Shown here: positions 1 to 11,186 of the stretch, piece after piece
Numbering within the stretch: position 1 is the first letter of the stretch
Layout of the letters: each line of letters starts with the position of its first letter
NCBI GenBank assembly: GCA_964416445.1
Contig: CAYQEE010000006.1
Location: 21,230 to 85,229 of the forward strand
Reading direction: 5' to 3'
DNA length: 64,000 bases
Origin: an uncultured Gammaproteobacteria bacterium
GTDB lineage: Bacteria > Patescibacteriota > Microgenomatia > Levybacterales > UBA12049
The notes under the pieces: model-generated
Told to the model about the DNA's origin: nothing
What the model saw: the letters and a program-made list of their open reading frames with translations, nothing else
The model's database searches: none
Program-made: the position numbers and the translations under genes

Positions 1-777
1 GGTAAAGTTAACGGTCAATGGAGCTGATGCTGTACTGGTGTTATCGGCAGTTAAACTTGTACAGATGGGATTCTGTGCTGTTGGTGTGGGTGTTGTTCCT
101 CCCCCTCCACCGCCTCCGCCAGGTGTAACTGATGGAGCATTGGTAGGTGTTGGTGTGTTGGTTGGGGTCACAGCACCGGTAGGTGTTCCATTTAATGTTG
201 TCGTAATAATAACATTCACCGGGGCAGGAGCTGCTGAAAGAACATTTTCACTTGGTTGGTCGGTTGATGCAAGGGACAAAACTTGGGTTCCATTAGCCAC
301 TCCGATAGGTGTTCCGGTCGTAGGATCAGTTGCAGCGATAGCGTTAAAATTTAAATTAGCTATCGTTACTGGACTTCCTGCTCCTTGTATCGCTTTTGTC
401 ACTTCGGTACCTATGGACATTGTGATTGATTCCGTGCATGCAGTACCAGTACATTGATTATACGTTGGTCCCTCTAAGGTAACAGGGAAAACACTGGTGT
501 TCGGAACGATTCCTTGGCTTGTTGGAGTAATTTTAGAATTATCATAGGAAATAATCAGTTTGACAAATGAGACTTGATTTTGTCCTGGATCGAGTAATAC
601 ATTTAAACTAAATGTTGATCCTATACCTACTGGTCCGCTTAATGTTGAAAAAGAAAGATTTGTTGATGCAGCTGCTTTGGATCGATTGTTTGTTTGTTTC
701 CCAATGAGAAATATCGTAAGTGGTACCGCGACAAGGATAACAACAATAAATCCAAGTAATAAAACTTTTTTATTCAT
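1..777 (-). CDS. Secreted/membrane-anchored cohesin-like domain protein with Pro/Thr/Gly linker and probable PKD-like domain (runs off window)
   Basis: Manual translation from ATG at 777: MNKKVLLLGFIVVILVAVPLTIFLIG (TM)...FSLNVLLDPGQNQVSFVKLIISYD (cohesin-like)...TPTNTPTPT-GGGGGGGG-TTPTPT...APLTVNFT; open to position 1; absent from ORF track. Confidence 0.8.
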   Translation of the reverse strand, partial: MNKKVLLLGFIVVILVAVPLTIFLIGKQTNNRSKAAASTNLSFSTLSGPVGIGSTFSLNVLLDPGQNQVSFVKLIISYDNSKITPTSQGIVPNTSVFPVTLEGPTYNQCTGTACTESITMSIGTEVTKAIQGAGSPVTIANLNFNAIAATDPTTGTPIGVANGTQVLSLASTDQPSENVLSAAPAPVNVIITTTLNGTPTGAVTPTNTPTPTNAPSVTPGGGGGGGGTTPTPTAQNPICTSLTADNTSTASAPLTVNFT

Positions 778-957
778 ACGAGCAGTAATATAAAATCCCT
801 CCTTCTATCGTATGGTAGTTAACAAGAAGTGTCAACTACCGTAAGAGCCTTTATAGGAAACTGATACTATATTGAGAATATGATGATATTGTTTTGTCAC
901 AATTTCTTGATTGTAGGGTTATCAATCTTTTTTCTCACACTAATTTTCTATAGGGTA

Positions 958-987
958 TTGACAACTGTTTGGGAAATTTGTTATAAA
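958..987 (+). promoter_or_regulatory. sigma70-type promoter for groESL
   Basis: TTGACA at 958-963 and TG-T-TATAAA at 979-987. Confidence 0.7.
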
Positions 988-1014
988 TTAGCAGTCACTT
1001 ATTCACAGTGATTT
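988..1014 (+). promoter_or_regulatory. Degenerate CIRCE (HrcA operator)
   Basis: TTAGCAGTC-N9-CAGTGATTT vs consensus TTAGCACTC-N9-GAGTGCTAA, just downstream of the -10 of groES; hrcA present in window. Confidence 0.6.
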
Positions 1015-1043
1015 TTTAGTTTCCTGTTAGAAGAAATAAAAAT

Positions 1044-1331
1044 ATGAAAATTACACCATTATTTGATAATGTTTTAATTCAAGCTGTTGAGGCAGAATCA
1101 AAAACAGCAAGTGGCATCATTTTACCTGATACGGTTAAAGAAAAACCACAAATGGGTGTAGTAAAAGCAGTAGGCAAAGGTAAAACTGATAAAGAAGGTA
1201 AATTTGTTCCGATGGCAGTTAAAGTTGGCGATAAAGTCTATTATAAAAAATGGGGAGGAACAGAAATTAAAGTGAATGGTGAAGAATTAACCATTGTTGG
1301 TCAAGAAGATATTCTTGCAGTTGTAGCATAA
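1044..1331 (+). CDS. groES: Co-chaperonin GroES
   Basis: ITPLFDNVLI, SGIILPDTVKEKPQ motifs. Confidence 0.98.
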   Translation: MKITPLFDNVLIQAVEAESKTASGIILPDTVKEKPQMGVVKAVGKGKTDKEGKFVPMAVKVGDKVYYKKWGGTEIKVNGEELTIVGQEDILAVVA

Positions 1332-1339
1332 CTAAATAA

Positions 1340-2980
<1,641 letters not shown>

Positions 2981-3003
2981 AGAAGATCGCTATTCTTTTC
3001 CAT

Positions 3004-3028
3004 AACCGCCACTGAAGGCGGTTTTTTT
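3004..3028 (+). terminator. Intrinsic terminator after groEL
   Basis: AACCGCC-actgaa-GGCGGTT followed by T-run. Confidence 0.85.
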
Positions 3029-3084
3029 ATACGAAATGAATTATTTAAAACGAATAAGTTGAGTATTTCATATATACTAGAAGT

Positions 3085-4281
3085 ATGAAAAAAGTTGCCG
3101 TATTTAGTCTTCCCGCATATGGGCATGTAAATCCGACGCTCTCTGTCGCACAGGTATTAAGCCAAAAAGGATATGATGTTATTTATTACTCCTCCGAAGA
3201 ATTTCGCGAGCGAATTGAAAAAGCTGGTATTCGATACCGTTCCTATCGTATTCAAGAACGAGTTGACTTGCGAATATCAAATGTTGTTGATATTGCAACC
3301 ACAATCCTCGCCATATCTGAAAAATATATCCCTATCCTTATCCAAGAGCTTGAAAAAGAAAAACCTGATTATATTATTCATGATCAACTTTGTTTTCATG
3401 GCAAAATTGCTGCCCATTATTTTCATATTCCTGCAGCATCATTACAAACATCATTTCTCATAACGAAACGTGTCACCTTTACCTTTCCCCAAGTAGCGCT
3501 TATGTATCTCAAGCAAATTATGCGTCAAGGAAAAAGACATATAAGAAATATGAATAAGTATCGGAAAATCGTAAGAAAATATCATCTGAAAACGCGTGGA
3601 TTTGATGATCTATTTTTAAACGAGGAAAAACTGAATATCGTTTTTACTTCACGATTATTACAACCGAAGGGAAAATTATTTGGAAAAAAATATATCTTCG
3701 TTGGGTCATCGATATCTGCTTCTTCTCGATTAGATAAAAACACGATTGGTACAAAATTAAAAACAAATAAACCAATAATTTATATCTCCTTAGGAACGAT
3801 TTTTAATAATGATTTATCTTTTTTCCATACGTGTGTTCAAGCTTTTAAAGATTCTCCCTATTTTGTTATCATGTCTATTGGTCATCGTTTCACGGAAAAA
3901 GACTTACCTGCAGTTCCTTCTAATATGTACGTCCAAAATTATGTTCCCCAACTTGAGATTCTGAAAAAAGCATCGATATTTATTACTCATGCAGGAATGA
4001 ACAGCGTTACGGAAAGTCTTTCGTTTTCTGTCCCAATGATTTGTATTCCTCAAACAGGAGAACAGATGCTCAATGCATTACGAATTCAACAGATTGGTGC
4101 TGGAGTTGTTTTGGAAGAAGAAGAGCGAACTCCAGAGCGATTGCTATCGTTAGTTACACAGATGCTCAATACAAAATCATTTGTGCAGCATATCCAACCA
4201 GTGAGAGAATCCTTGCTTGATGCAGGAGGATATGAACGAGCAGCAGAAGAAATTATCACCTATTTTCACAAGTCGAAATAA
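3085..4281 (+). CDS. GT1 (MGT/OleD/YjiC-like) UDP-glycosyltransferase
   Basis: PAYGHVNPTL, IYISLGT, VPQLEIL...FITHAGMNS...EQ signature. Confidence 0.9.
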   Translation: MKKVAVFSLPAYGHVNPTLSVAQVLSQKGYDVIYYSSEEFRERIEKAGIRYRSYRIQERVDLRISNVVDIATTILAISEKYIPILIQELEKEKPDYIIHDQLCFHGKIAAHYFHIPAASLQTSFLITKRVTFTFPQVALMYLKQIMRQGKRHIRNMNKYRKIVRKYHLKTRGFDDLFLNEEKLNIVFTSRLLQPKGKLFGKKYIFVGSSISASSRLDKNTIGTKLKTNKPIIYISLGTIFNNDLSFFHTCVQAFKDSPYFVIMSIGHRFTEKDLPAVPSNMYVQNYVPQLEILKKASIFITHAGMNSVTESLSFSVPMICIPQTGEQMLNALRIQQIGAGVVLEEEERTPERLLSLVTQMLNTKSFVQHIQPVRESLLDAGGYERAAEEIITYFHKSK

Positions 4282-4286
4282 CCGGT

Positions 4287-4883
4287 ATGATTCCAAAGCT
4301 TTTATTGAATGAGAAAAGTTTTACGATAACTCCGAACGATTTGCCTCTTTTTATTCATGGTGAAGTCCAATCTGGCGCATCTTATTTTAGCATAATAACG
4401 TTCGCATCGCTTGTCCTTCAGGGAGAATCGATTCTTTTTTATAGTGCATTTTTCAGAGGACTCGAAGCATTACAACAATTACTTTCTCAAGAAAAGATTG
4501 CAGTAGTGAGGGAAAATGAAGAGAGTGTAGTGATAAAAAAGAGAAAAATTCTTGCTGTGCAGAGTGGTGATGAACCACTGTTGATGCAAATGTTGACATC
4601 ATGCAAAAATACTCAACGGATTATTTGTATCAAAAATATTGAGACACTTACCAAAAATATTACTCCCTTTATTTCTCATCATAAATTCTTTATTATTTCT
4701 GGAGATATTGAGCGATACCGATACAAACAGGCGTTACTCAACGAACCATTTACGACAAAAATATTATTTTCTCACCTTCCTACATTATTGGTACAACTAC
4801 CAGCTCTTGATAGATTTCAAGCGATTTTCTTAGGTGCAACTACCAGTGGCGTTACACAAGCAACTAATCAAAAACAACACTAA
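4287..4883 (+). CDS. Hypothetical protein, possibly degenerate RecA/KaiC-like fold
   Basis: 198 aa ORF in operon with GT1; LFIHGEVQSGASYFS resembles a Walker A lacking Lys. Confidence 0.55.
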   Translation: MIPKLLLNEKSFTITPNDLPLFIHGEVQSGASYFSIITFASLVLQGESILFYSAFFRGLEALQQLLSQEKIAVVRENEESVVIKKRKILAVQSGDEPLLMQMLTSCKNTQRIICIKNIETLTKNITPFISHHKFFIISGDIERYRYKQALLNEPFTTKILFSHLPTLLVQLPALDRFQAIFLGATTSGVTQATNQKQH

Positions 4884-5107
4884 TAGGTCGTACAAAAGTA
4901 CGTAATAACCAAGTATATATCTCTACCTCGTTCCTACTAAACAGACCAACAAGTACTGCAAGAATGATCATTTTTCATGATCTCTTTTTTTGGTCAGCAT
5001 GGCAAACGGAAATTTTTTCTCAAGAAGGAGAGCCTATAAAATTTTCAAATTCTCCTGTATAATTGCAAACAAGTTTATACAAAAAATCCTAGTAATCATA
5101 ATTTTCT

Positions 5108-5376
5108 ATAAATAGAAGAACAAAATGCAGATTGGCACAAGCGAAAGTTATTACTTATTTAATTGAGAATAGATACAAAATTTACATCGGTGGATAAATT
5201 ATCAGAATCATGAAAATTGAAATGTGACAATATCATAATCTAACGAAAGGATAAATATTGATAAATTTAATAATAGCCAGTATGATGTAATTGCTGTTTA
5301 CATAGACTCAAAAGACAAAATTATTTTGGTTGATGCTTTCAAAGTTAGAGCAAGAAGTTTGTCCATACGATATTGA
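5108..5376 (+). pseudogene. Probable decayed PD-(D/E)XK endonuclease fragments
   Basis: Stop-interrupted fragments INRRTKCRLAQAKVITYLIENRYKIY and KFNNSQYDVIAVYIDSKDKIILVD resemble N- and C-terminal parts of PD-(D/E)XK_5-type nucleases (recognised by eye). Confidence 0.4.
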
Positions 5377-5387
5377 ATGAGTTATAT

Positions 5388-5472
5388 GGAGAGGTCGCAT
5401 AGTGGTCGAGTGCAGAAGTTTACTAAACTTCCAATCCGTAAGGATTCGTGGGTTCGAATCCCACCCTCTCCG
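5388..5472 (+). tRNA. tRNA-Ser, anticodon ACT, long variable arm, CCA not encoded
   Basis: GGAGAGG/CCTCTCC acceptor, G73, anticodon arm GAAGT-TTACTAA-ACTTC, variable arm AATCC-GTAA-GGATT, T arm GTGGG-TTCGAAT-CCCAC. Confidence 0.93.
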
Positions 5473-5526
5473 CAAACAGTCATATAGTTTGAAACTTGGT
5501 TTCTACTTTTGTATAATCCGTATTTA

Positions 5527-6417
5527 ATGGATCGTAAATACGAAAAAAGAACAACAGGTTTTTTAACTCCTGATAATTGGCTGACTACATATTCAACTGC
5601 AGTAAATAGAACTGCTATGGCTCCTGTAGGAGTAGATCCAATTATGCAAAGATTGCTCATTCAGGCTACAACATTCTTACCGCAACAAACCAGATGGCGA
5701 GATGTTTTACATTCAAGTTTAAATCCATCTCAAAGACTAAAGCTCGCATCAGACATTTCACATTTTCATATAAGTATTTTTGTACCGTTATTGGGTGAAG
5801 GTTTTGACACAAGAACACTTTCTTCAAGACAAATTGAAATATTGAAAATGGCGTCACATCATTACTTTGTCGAACATCAAAGTCCTTCAGAAGTACCAGG
5901 TATCTATTTTTCTTCTTTCTCTGAACAAGACATACAATTAGGAATAATCTATCAAACTCATATAGAGAATAAAATATGGAAAGGAGGAATAATTGGAGGA
6001 ACGTTTAAAGCATTACTTAATTTAATCAATAATGTAGAAGGACTAAACGGCAGAGCACTACTAAAATATAAACAAGTGGATTCTCATGATTCTTTATTAA
6101 CCGAAGACAACGCTCGTCGTCTTGATGAATTCTCTACGAGCGCAGAATACGCCGAAATTATTGGAATGACATTAAACAGGTATGATGCTGCAATATCCGC
6201 ACTCGATAGTGATGAAGGGAGGGAAATTGCACTCAGACAACGAAATGCATTTAATGCCCACCTTGGGGGTAATCCGCGTACAAGAGCAACTGATGAATTA
6301 GAAAAGTTGAATACCTTAGTAAAAAATGCTGTATTAGGAATCCAAGATGATTTACCAAATGTTGCAGTAATACAATTATTAAAAAATATGATAAATCTAA
6401 ATAACTTTAGTAAATAA
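5527..6417 (+). CDS. Hypothetical protein
   Basis: ~296 aa ORF, ATG at 5527 downstream of TG-TATAAT; no recognisable motif. Confidence 0.7.
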   Translation: MDRKYEKRTTGFLTPDNWLTTYSTAVNRTAMAPVGVDPIMQRLLIQATTFLPQQTRWRDVLHSSLNPSQRLKLASDISHFHISIFVPLLGEGFDTRTLSSRQIEILKMASHHYFVEHQSPSEVPGIYFSSFSEQDIQLGIIYQTHIENKIWKGGIIGGTFKALLNLINNVEGLNGRALLKYKQVDSHDSLLTEDNARRLDEFSTSAEYAEIIGMTLNRYDAAISALDSDEGREIALRQRNAFNAHLGGNPRTRATDELEKLNTLVKNAVLGIQDDLPNVAVIQLLKNMINLNNFSK

Positions 6418-6639
6418 AAAATGTTATTGTATTATTAATTTTTTTTTAATCTGATGTTCTTGAATACAAAATTCACACCTCGCTTAAATTATAGTAGTAA
6501 GAATGCTAGATTTGCTTGTTTCTTCTCCAAAACTTCCATAAATACGTTCCAACCTGGTCAATCAGACACCGCACTTTAAAGATCACTACAATGTTCGTAA
6601 ATGAGAATGCCCTTTGAAGCTTTTTGGTATAATCAATGC

Positions 6640-6906
6640 ATGAGTATAGAGGATTTAGAAAAAAGAATTGAAAGAATTGAACTGAGGAACGGAAATGTAG
6701 AAGCAAATAAAGCATGGGAGACGAGTATTTCAAGAAAAATTGTCCTTGTGCTTATGACGTATTTAGTCATTGCTTTAACTTTATTGTCAATACATCATCA
6801 AGACCCTTGGATAAATGCGCTTATTCCTGCAATTGGTTTTTTCTTGTCCACCTTATCACTACCACTTATCAAAAAATACTGGATAAAACACGTATATCAC
6901 AAATAG
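6640..6906 (+). CDS. Small membrane protein (2 TM)
   Basis: ERIELRNGNVEANKAWETS then two hydrophobic helices; TATAAT 6 nt before ATG. Confidence 0.75.
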   Translation: MSIEDLEKRIERIELRNGNVEANKAWETSISRKIVLVLMTYLVIALTLLSIHHQDPWINALIPAIGFFLSTLSLPLIKKYWIKHVYHK

Positions 6907-7009
6907 CATTTTAGAGAATTGACTAACCTCATGGAATATTTTCTGTTAATGAAAATAACTGGACATTTTGCAAAACTTGCACTGATGTAACTAATTTATT
7001 GAATAGATT

Positions 7010-7900
7010 TTATGATGAATTATTACCTTGTTTTTTTCCAATGCCTAATAATACCATGCCAAAAAACATAGGAATAATTGAGCATAACTGCCAGACAGTT
7101 GGTACATTTTGGAGAAATATCCATGCACTGAAAAGCGTTATGAGTGGTGACATACTTGATAACGCATTGGCTTTGACGACGCTGATTCGGTGAATTCCTT
7201 CTACCCATAATGCTTTGGAAAGACCGAGTAAGAAAATTCCATTAATTGCGAGAAATAAAAATGAGTTTTTTATACTTCCATACGAAAAGGTATTGTTGAA
7301 TGCACCTGCGAGCAGAAAAATAACGGACGCACTGATAATACTCCGGATAAACATGATGGTGTCGCTACTCACTTTCGTTCGCGCTTTTCTGACATAGAAA
7401 TTGCCAAATGGAGCAGTGAAAGCAGCAAGGAGAATAAGCAGATCACCTAGTTGAAATGTATGGATATTTGGATATAAAACAATACAAGCTCCTAGTATCA
7501 TTAGCGAAGCACCAATGATATGAAGAAATGGTAACGGTTGTTTTTTCCATACTTGAAAGAACAGGTAGCTAAAAAAAACTTCTGTTAAAGCAACAATACT
7601 CGCGTTACCTGCACTCGTTGATCGTAATCCGAAATAATAAAAAAGATAATAAAGGATACCCAGAAAAAATGTTGCGAATAGAATATCTCGTAATGCCGCA
7701 ATATTAGTGATCTCAAACCATTTCTTTTTCAGCGTAAGCATGAATGCGAAAAAAACTCCTGCAAGCAACGTACTGATTGCGAGCGATACCAAAGGGGATA
7801 CTTTCCCATAGGATAAAATAGTTATTACGGGAAATAAGCCCCATAACGCCGTTTCACCTAAAATAAAAAGTTCTCCTTGCTTTTCATTATTCAATTTCAT
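7010..7900 (-). CDS. EamA/DMT family transporter
   Basis: About 10 TM, two EamA repeats (LWG.FP, TSAGNAS). Confidence 0.9.
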   Translation of the reverse strand: MKLNNEKQGELFILGETALWGLFPVITILSYGKVSPLVSLAISTLLAGVFFAFMLTLKKKWFEITNIAALRDILFATFFLGILYYLFYYFGLRSTSAGNASIVALTEVFFSYLFFQVWKKQPLPFLHIIGASLMILGACIVLYPNIHTFQLGDLLILLAAFTAPFGNFYVRKARTKVSSDTIMFIRSIISASVIFLLAGAFNNTFSYGSIKNSFLFLAINGIFLLGLSKALWVEGIHRISVVKANALSSMSPLITLFSAWIFLQNVPTVWQLCSIIPMFFGMVLLGIGKKQGNNSS

Positions 7901-7930
7901 TCCTTTAGTTTATCAGATATACTACTATGT

Positions 7931-9055
7931 ATGCCCGAACAAGGTTCAAAAGGAATATTTGCAAATTGGAAAGCACGTTTGTTGAGACCTCCCACCAATG
8001 ATAGATCGACCCCAACTGTTTCTCAACGAAGGTGGTATATTGAAGGTATCGCTCCAGAATCTTTGCCTGTTGGTATTGAATCAATTCGTCTGAAAAATCT
8101 TCCTATTGGTTGGCAACAATTACCAACGCTCGCGAAATCAATAAATGCGTTAAAAGAAGAGCCTTTTGGAGCAGGATTTGAGCTTGCTCAACTAAAACCT
8201 TTAGAAAAGGAGGCGATTGTCATTCCAATGATTGCAAGTGTGGTAGCAAACCATGCGGATCCTGCGATACCTCTCAATTTACCTAACTCTGAAGAAGTGA
8301 AAACAATTAAACCTTGGCTAAAAAGAGTATCAGTTTTTGTTGGGAGATTTTCGAATGGTCTCGGACATAGGTTTGATCGGTTTATAGAAAAGAAGGGACA
8401 ACAGACAGTTCAAAAAACTGGTGAGAAAATATTCGAGGCAGCTCACGCACTTGGACAAACAGAGAATCCACAAAGCAGATTTGTTACTGAAGTAGCTCAA
8501 TTATATACTCGTTTAACGCAACCAGAAACGTATTTTGATTTTGAAGAAAAAGAGCGTTCAATTGAGCAAAAGATTAGCGGGTTAATTGGTCAAATGGATC
8601 GTGCAAAACGGGGAAAGCCGTTTGATAGCGATTGGTTTTCAAAGAAGCACTTTCCGCTCTTGGCAAATGTTTTTGCCGTCGTCGGATTTCCTCCAACGTC
8701 TTTGTATATTGAATCTGGTAACGTTGGTATCGTTGGCGCTGAATTGATGCAAGGAATCGAAATATTTTTACGCCAATCAGATGTCTCAAATATTCCGCAA
8801 GCACCACTACCAACAGAGTTTGATTTATTTAATATGAATACGTGGATGAGAGGACTTGCTGAGTTATTTAAAGCAGGTCAGTTAGAAAAAGTGAAAAGAG
8901 AACTGCCAAGTGTTTTGTCTCAAGTACGTGAAGTCCTTCCTCATGATGGAAGACAATTTGAACAAGAGATCTATGGGATTGCAAAAAATGTTGTTGCTCT
9001 CAAAGCAAAGGGGATAGAAGATCATGCATTAGTTAATGGACTTTTTGCTGCATAA
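7931..9055 (+). CDS. Hypothetical protein
   Basis: Long ORF; likely start MPEQG after TATACT. Confidence 0.7.
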   Translation: MPEQGSKGIFANWKARLLRPPTNDRSTPTVSQRRWYIEGIAPESLPVGIESIRLKNLPIGWQQLPTLAKSINALKEEPFGAGFELAQLKPLEKEAIVIPMIASVVANHADPAIPLNLPNSEEVKTIKPWLKRVSVFVGRFSNGLGHRFDRFIEKKGQQTVQKTGEKIFEAAHALGQTENPQSRFVTEVAQLYTRLTQPETYFDFEEKERSIEQKISGLIGQMDRAKRGKPFDSDWFSKKHFPLLANVFAVVGFPPTSLYIESGNVGIVGAELMQGIEIFLRQSDVSNIPQAPLPTEFDLFNMNTWMRGLAELFKAGQLEKVKRELPSVLSQVREVLPHDGRQFEQEIYGIAKNVVALKAKGIEDHALVNGLFAA

Positions 9056-9115
9056 TGATTAAGAAAAATCACACGATGACTCAGATATGCAATACACTTT
9101 TGCTATAATCACCGC

Positions 9116-9550
9116 ATGGAAATAAAAAAAGTAGATCTTCTCGCTGAAGCAAAAACGTTACTTACCCTAGATAATAAAGCATTTCACCGCGATTATGATT
9201 TACCTTCAAAAGATACCAACGAACAAATAGCATATTTGCGAGATTGTGAAGTATATATTGCCTATGAGCACGAGCAACCAGTTGGATTTTTTGCCTATAA
9301 ACTCTCCGAAACGCATTGTGATCTTAAGTCCATAGGAGTAATTCCAGAAAGGCAAGGGAAAAAGTACGGAAAGGCAATGATGAAAAAATTATTGGATATA
9401 ACCAAAAATAACACAATAACTCTTGTTACCCATCCAAAAAACAGTGTTGCAATCCGCATGTATTTAACCTGTGGGTTTCATATATACGGATGGAAAGATA
9501 ACTTCTATGGTGATAATGAGCCAAGACTCTTGATGAAATTAACCAGATAA
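9116..9550 (+). CDS. GNAT acetyltransferase (RimI-like)
   Basis: V.PERQGKKYGK acetyl-CoA motif, N..AIRMY..CGF. Confidence 0.88.
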   Translation: MEIKKVDLLAEAKTLLTLDNKAFHRDYDLPSKDTNEQIAYLRDCEVYIAYEHEQPVGFFAYKLSETHCDLKSIGVIPERQGKKYGKAMMKKLLDITKNNTITLVTHPKNSVAIRMYLTCGFHIYGWKDNFYGDNEPRLLMKLTR

Positions 9551-9629
9551 CTTTTCAAGCAATCGTAACTCTTTTTCTTCATGTCTCTTTTGCGTATAAT
9601 GAGATGAACGGCTATTGTTGGAAGATTAT

Positions 9630-10295
9630 ATGGCAGAAGTAAAAATAGAAGCATCTTGGAAAACGGCATTAGAGTCTGAGTTTACAAAGCCATATTGGGA
9701 AGCGTTAACGACATTTATTCGCCATGAATATACCACACAGGTGGTTTTTCCACCTCCGCGAAATATTTTTCGAGCGTTTGATCTGTGTCCTTTTGCATCC
9801 GTAAAAGTTGTTATTGTGGGGCAAGATCCATATCATGGAGTCCGTCAAGCAAATGGATTATCGTTTGCCGTTAATGATGGTGTCGCTCTTCCGCCATCGC
9901 TTAAAAATATTTATCAAGAAATTCGTTCAGATATAGGTATTACTCCATCCTCTTCAGGAGATCTTTCTCGGTGGGCAACGCAAGGAGTACTTATGCTCAA
10001 TAGCGTTCTTACCGTTCTAGCAAATAAACCAACATCGCATAAAGGAAAAGGATGGGAACAATTTACGGATGCAGTCATACAAGCACTCAATGCTAAACGG
10101 AAACATATTGTCTATATGTTATGGGGAAAATATGCACAAACAAAAGGAATGGTTATTAACACCGAACAAAATTTAGTTCTTGCATCTGGACATCCGTCTC
10201 CGTATTCAGCAAATCTCTTTTTTGGGAATCATCATTTTAGTAAGTGCAATGCGTATCTGGTACAACATGGCATGACCCCTATTGATTGGCATTAA
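9630..10295 (+). CDS. ung: Uracil-DNA glycosylase family 1
   Basis: GQDPYH, PPSLKNI, HPSP motifs. Confidence 0.97.
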   Translation: MAEVKIEASWKTALESEFTKPYWEALTTFIRHEYTTQVVFPPPRNIFRAFDLCPFASVKVVIVGQDPYHGVRQANGLSFAVNDGVALPPSLKNIYQEIRSDIGITPSSSGDLSRWATQGVLMLNSVLTVLANKPTSHKGKGWEQFTDAVIQALNAKRKHIVYMLWGKYAQTKGMVINTEQNLVLASGHPSPYSANLFFGNHHFSKCNAYLVQHGMTPIDWH

Positions 10296-10361
10296 AAAAG
10301 CATTATCAACAGAACATATGTTCTTCTTGTTGAATTGTTCTCCTCATACTATAATTTCACT

Positions 10362-10859
10362 ATGCAACCACTGATCATTCGAAAAGCAACCGCAGATGAT
10401 CTTTCGTACGTGCAACAGTTATGTGATGAGCTTATCCAGGTGAGTAATACCTTTGATCCTCATTATAATCTTCGATGGTCTTTTGAACCTGATGGAATTA
10501 AGTATCTTACTTCTCGAATTTTTGATATACAGTGCGTTTGTTTTCTTGCGATTTGGGAGGAGAGGATTGTTGGCTATGTAACAGGTGCAGTGTTACCCAT
10601 ACGTTTATGGAGGCCGATCAAACAAATTGAGCTTGAAAATTTATACATACAAAAAAACTATCGCAAAAAGGGAATTGGAACACGATTAGTGAAAGAGCTT
10701 TTTTTATGGGGAAAAGAACAGAAAGCACAACGGGTTGTGGTGACTACTGAAGCAATTGATAAGCATGCGATTGCTTTTTATCAAAGAAATAACTTCTCAC
10801 CCTTACATCTAAAATTAGAAGCAGTACTTGATACAGACGAAGCGAATGGATCTTCTTAA
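10362..10859 (+). CDS. GNAT acetyltransferase
   Basis: YRKKGIGTRLV, AIAFYQRNNF. Confidence 0.88.
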   Translation: MQPLIIRKATADDLSYVQQLCDELIQVSNTFDPHYNLRWSFEPDGIKYLTSRIFDIQCVCFLAIWEERIVGYVTGAVLPIRLWRPIKQIELENLYIQKNYRKKGIGTRLVKELFLWGKEQKAQRVVVTTEAIDKHAIAFYQRNNFSPLHLKLEAVLDTDEANGSS

Positions 10860-10870
10860 AAGGTGAGAAG

Positions 10871-11167
10871 TTATTTCTTACGAAATGAAGGCCCGATTTG
10901 GCACGGAATAACTTCATAAGTTTCCCAGACGTTATTAACGACATATGGTTCTTTTTTAAGCCACGCCTCAACCTCTTTTTGAGATGGAAACTCAACAATC
11001 ATAACTGATCCTTGCATATTTCCGTGCTCATCTAAGAGTGCCACACCCATATGATAATTTCCTGCAGCTTTCATATTCTCTCCCAGTGCAATATGTTCAT
11101 CTCTCACTGTTAATCGTCTGGCAAGCCCATCCTTTTTATAATCTCGAGCAATAATAATAAATTGCAT
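10871..11167 (-). CDS. YciI family protein
   Basis: R..VRDEH, GSVMIVEF, EPYVVNNVW. Confidence 0.85.
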   Translation of the reverse strand: MQFIIIARDYKKDGLARRLTVRDEHIALGENMKAAGNYHMGVALLDEHGNMQGSVMIVEFPSQKEVEAWLKKEPYVVNNVWETYEVIPCQIGPSFRKK

Positions 11168-11186
11168 AACCTTAGTTCAACAAATA

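Noticed and set aside
38-457. Poly-Pro ORF on + strand
   Set aside because: Antisense shadow of the poly-Gly/PT linker of the minus-strand gene at 1-777
5382-5660. 92-aa minus-strand ORF
   Set aside because: Antisense to the tRNA (GEGGIRTH is the typical tRNA shadow)
6540-6575. Possible att half-site (GTTCCAACC...CCGCA) resembling the tRNA-Ser 3' end
   Set aside because: Only short matches with different spacing, and no integrase nearby
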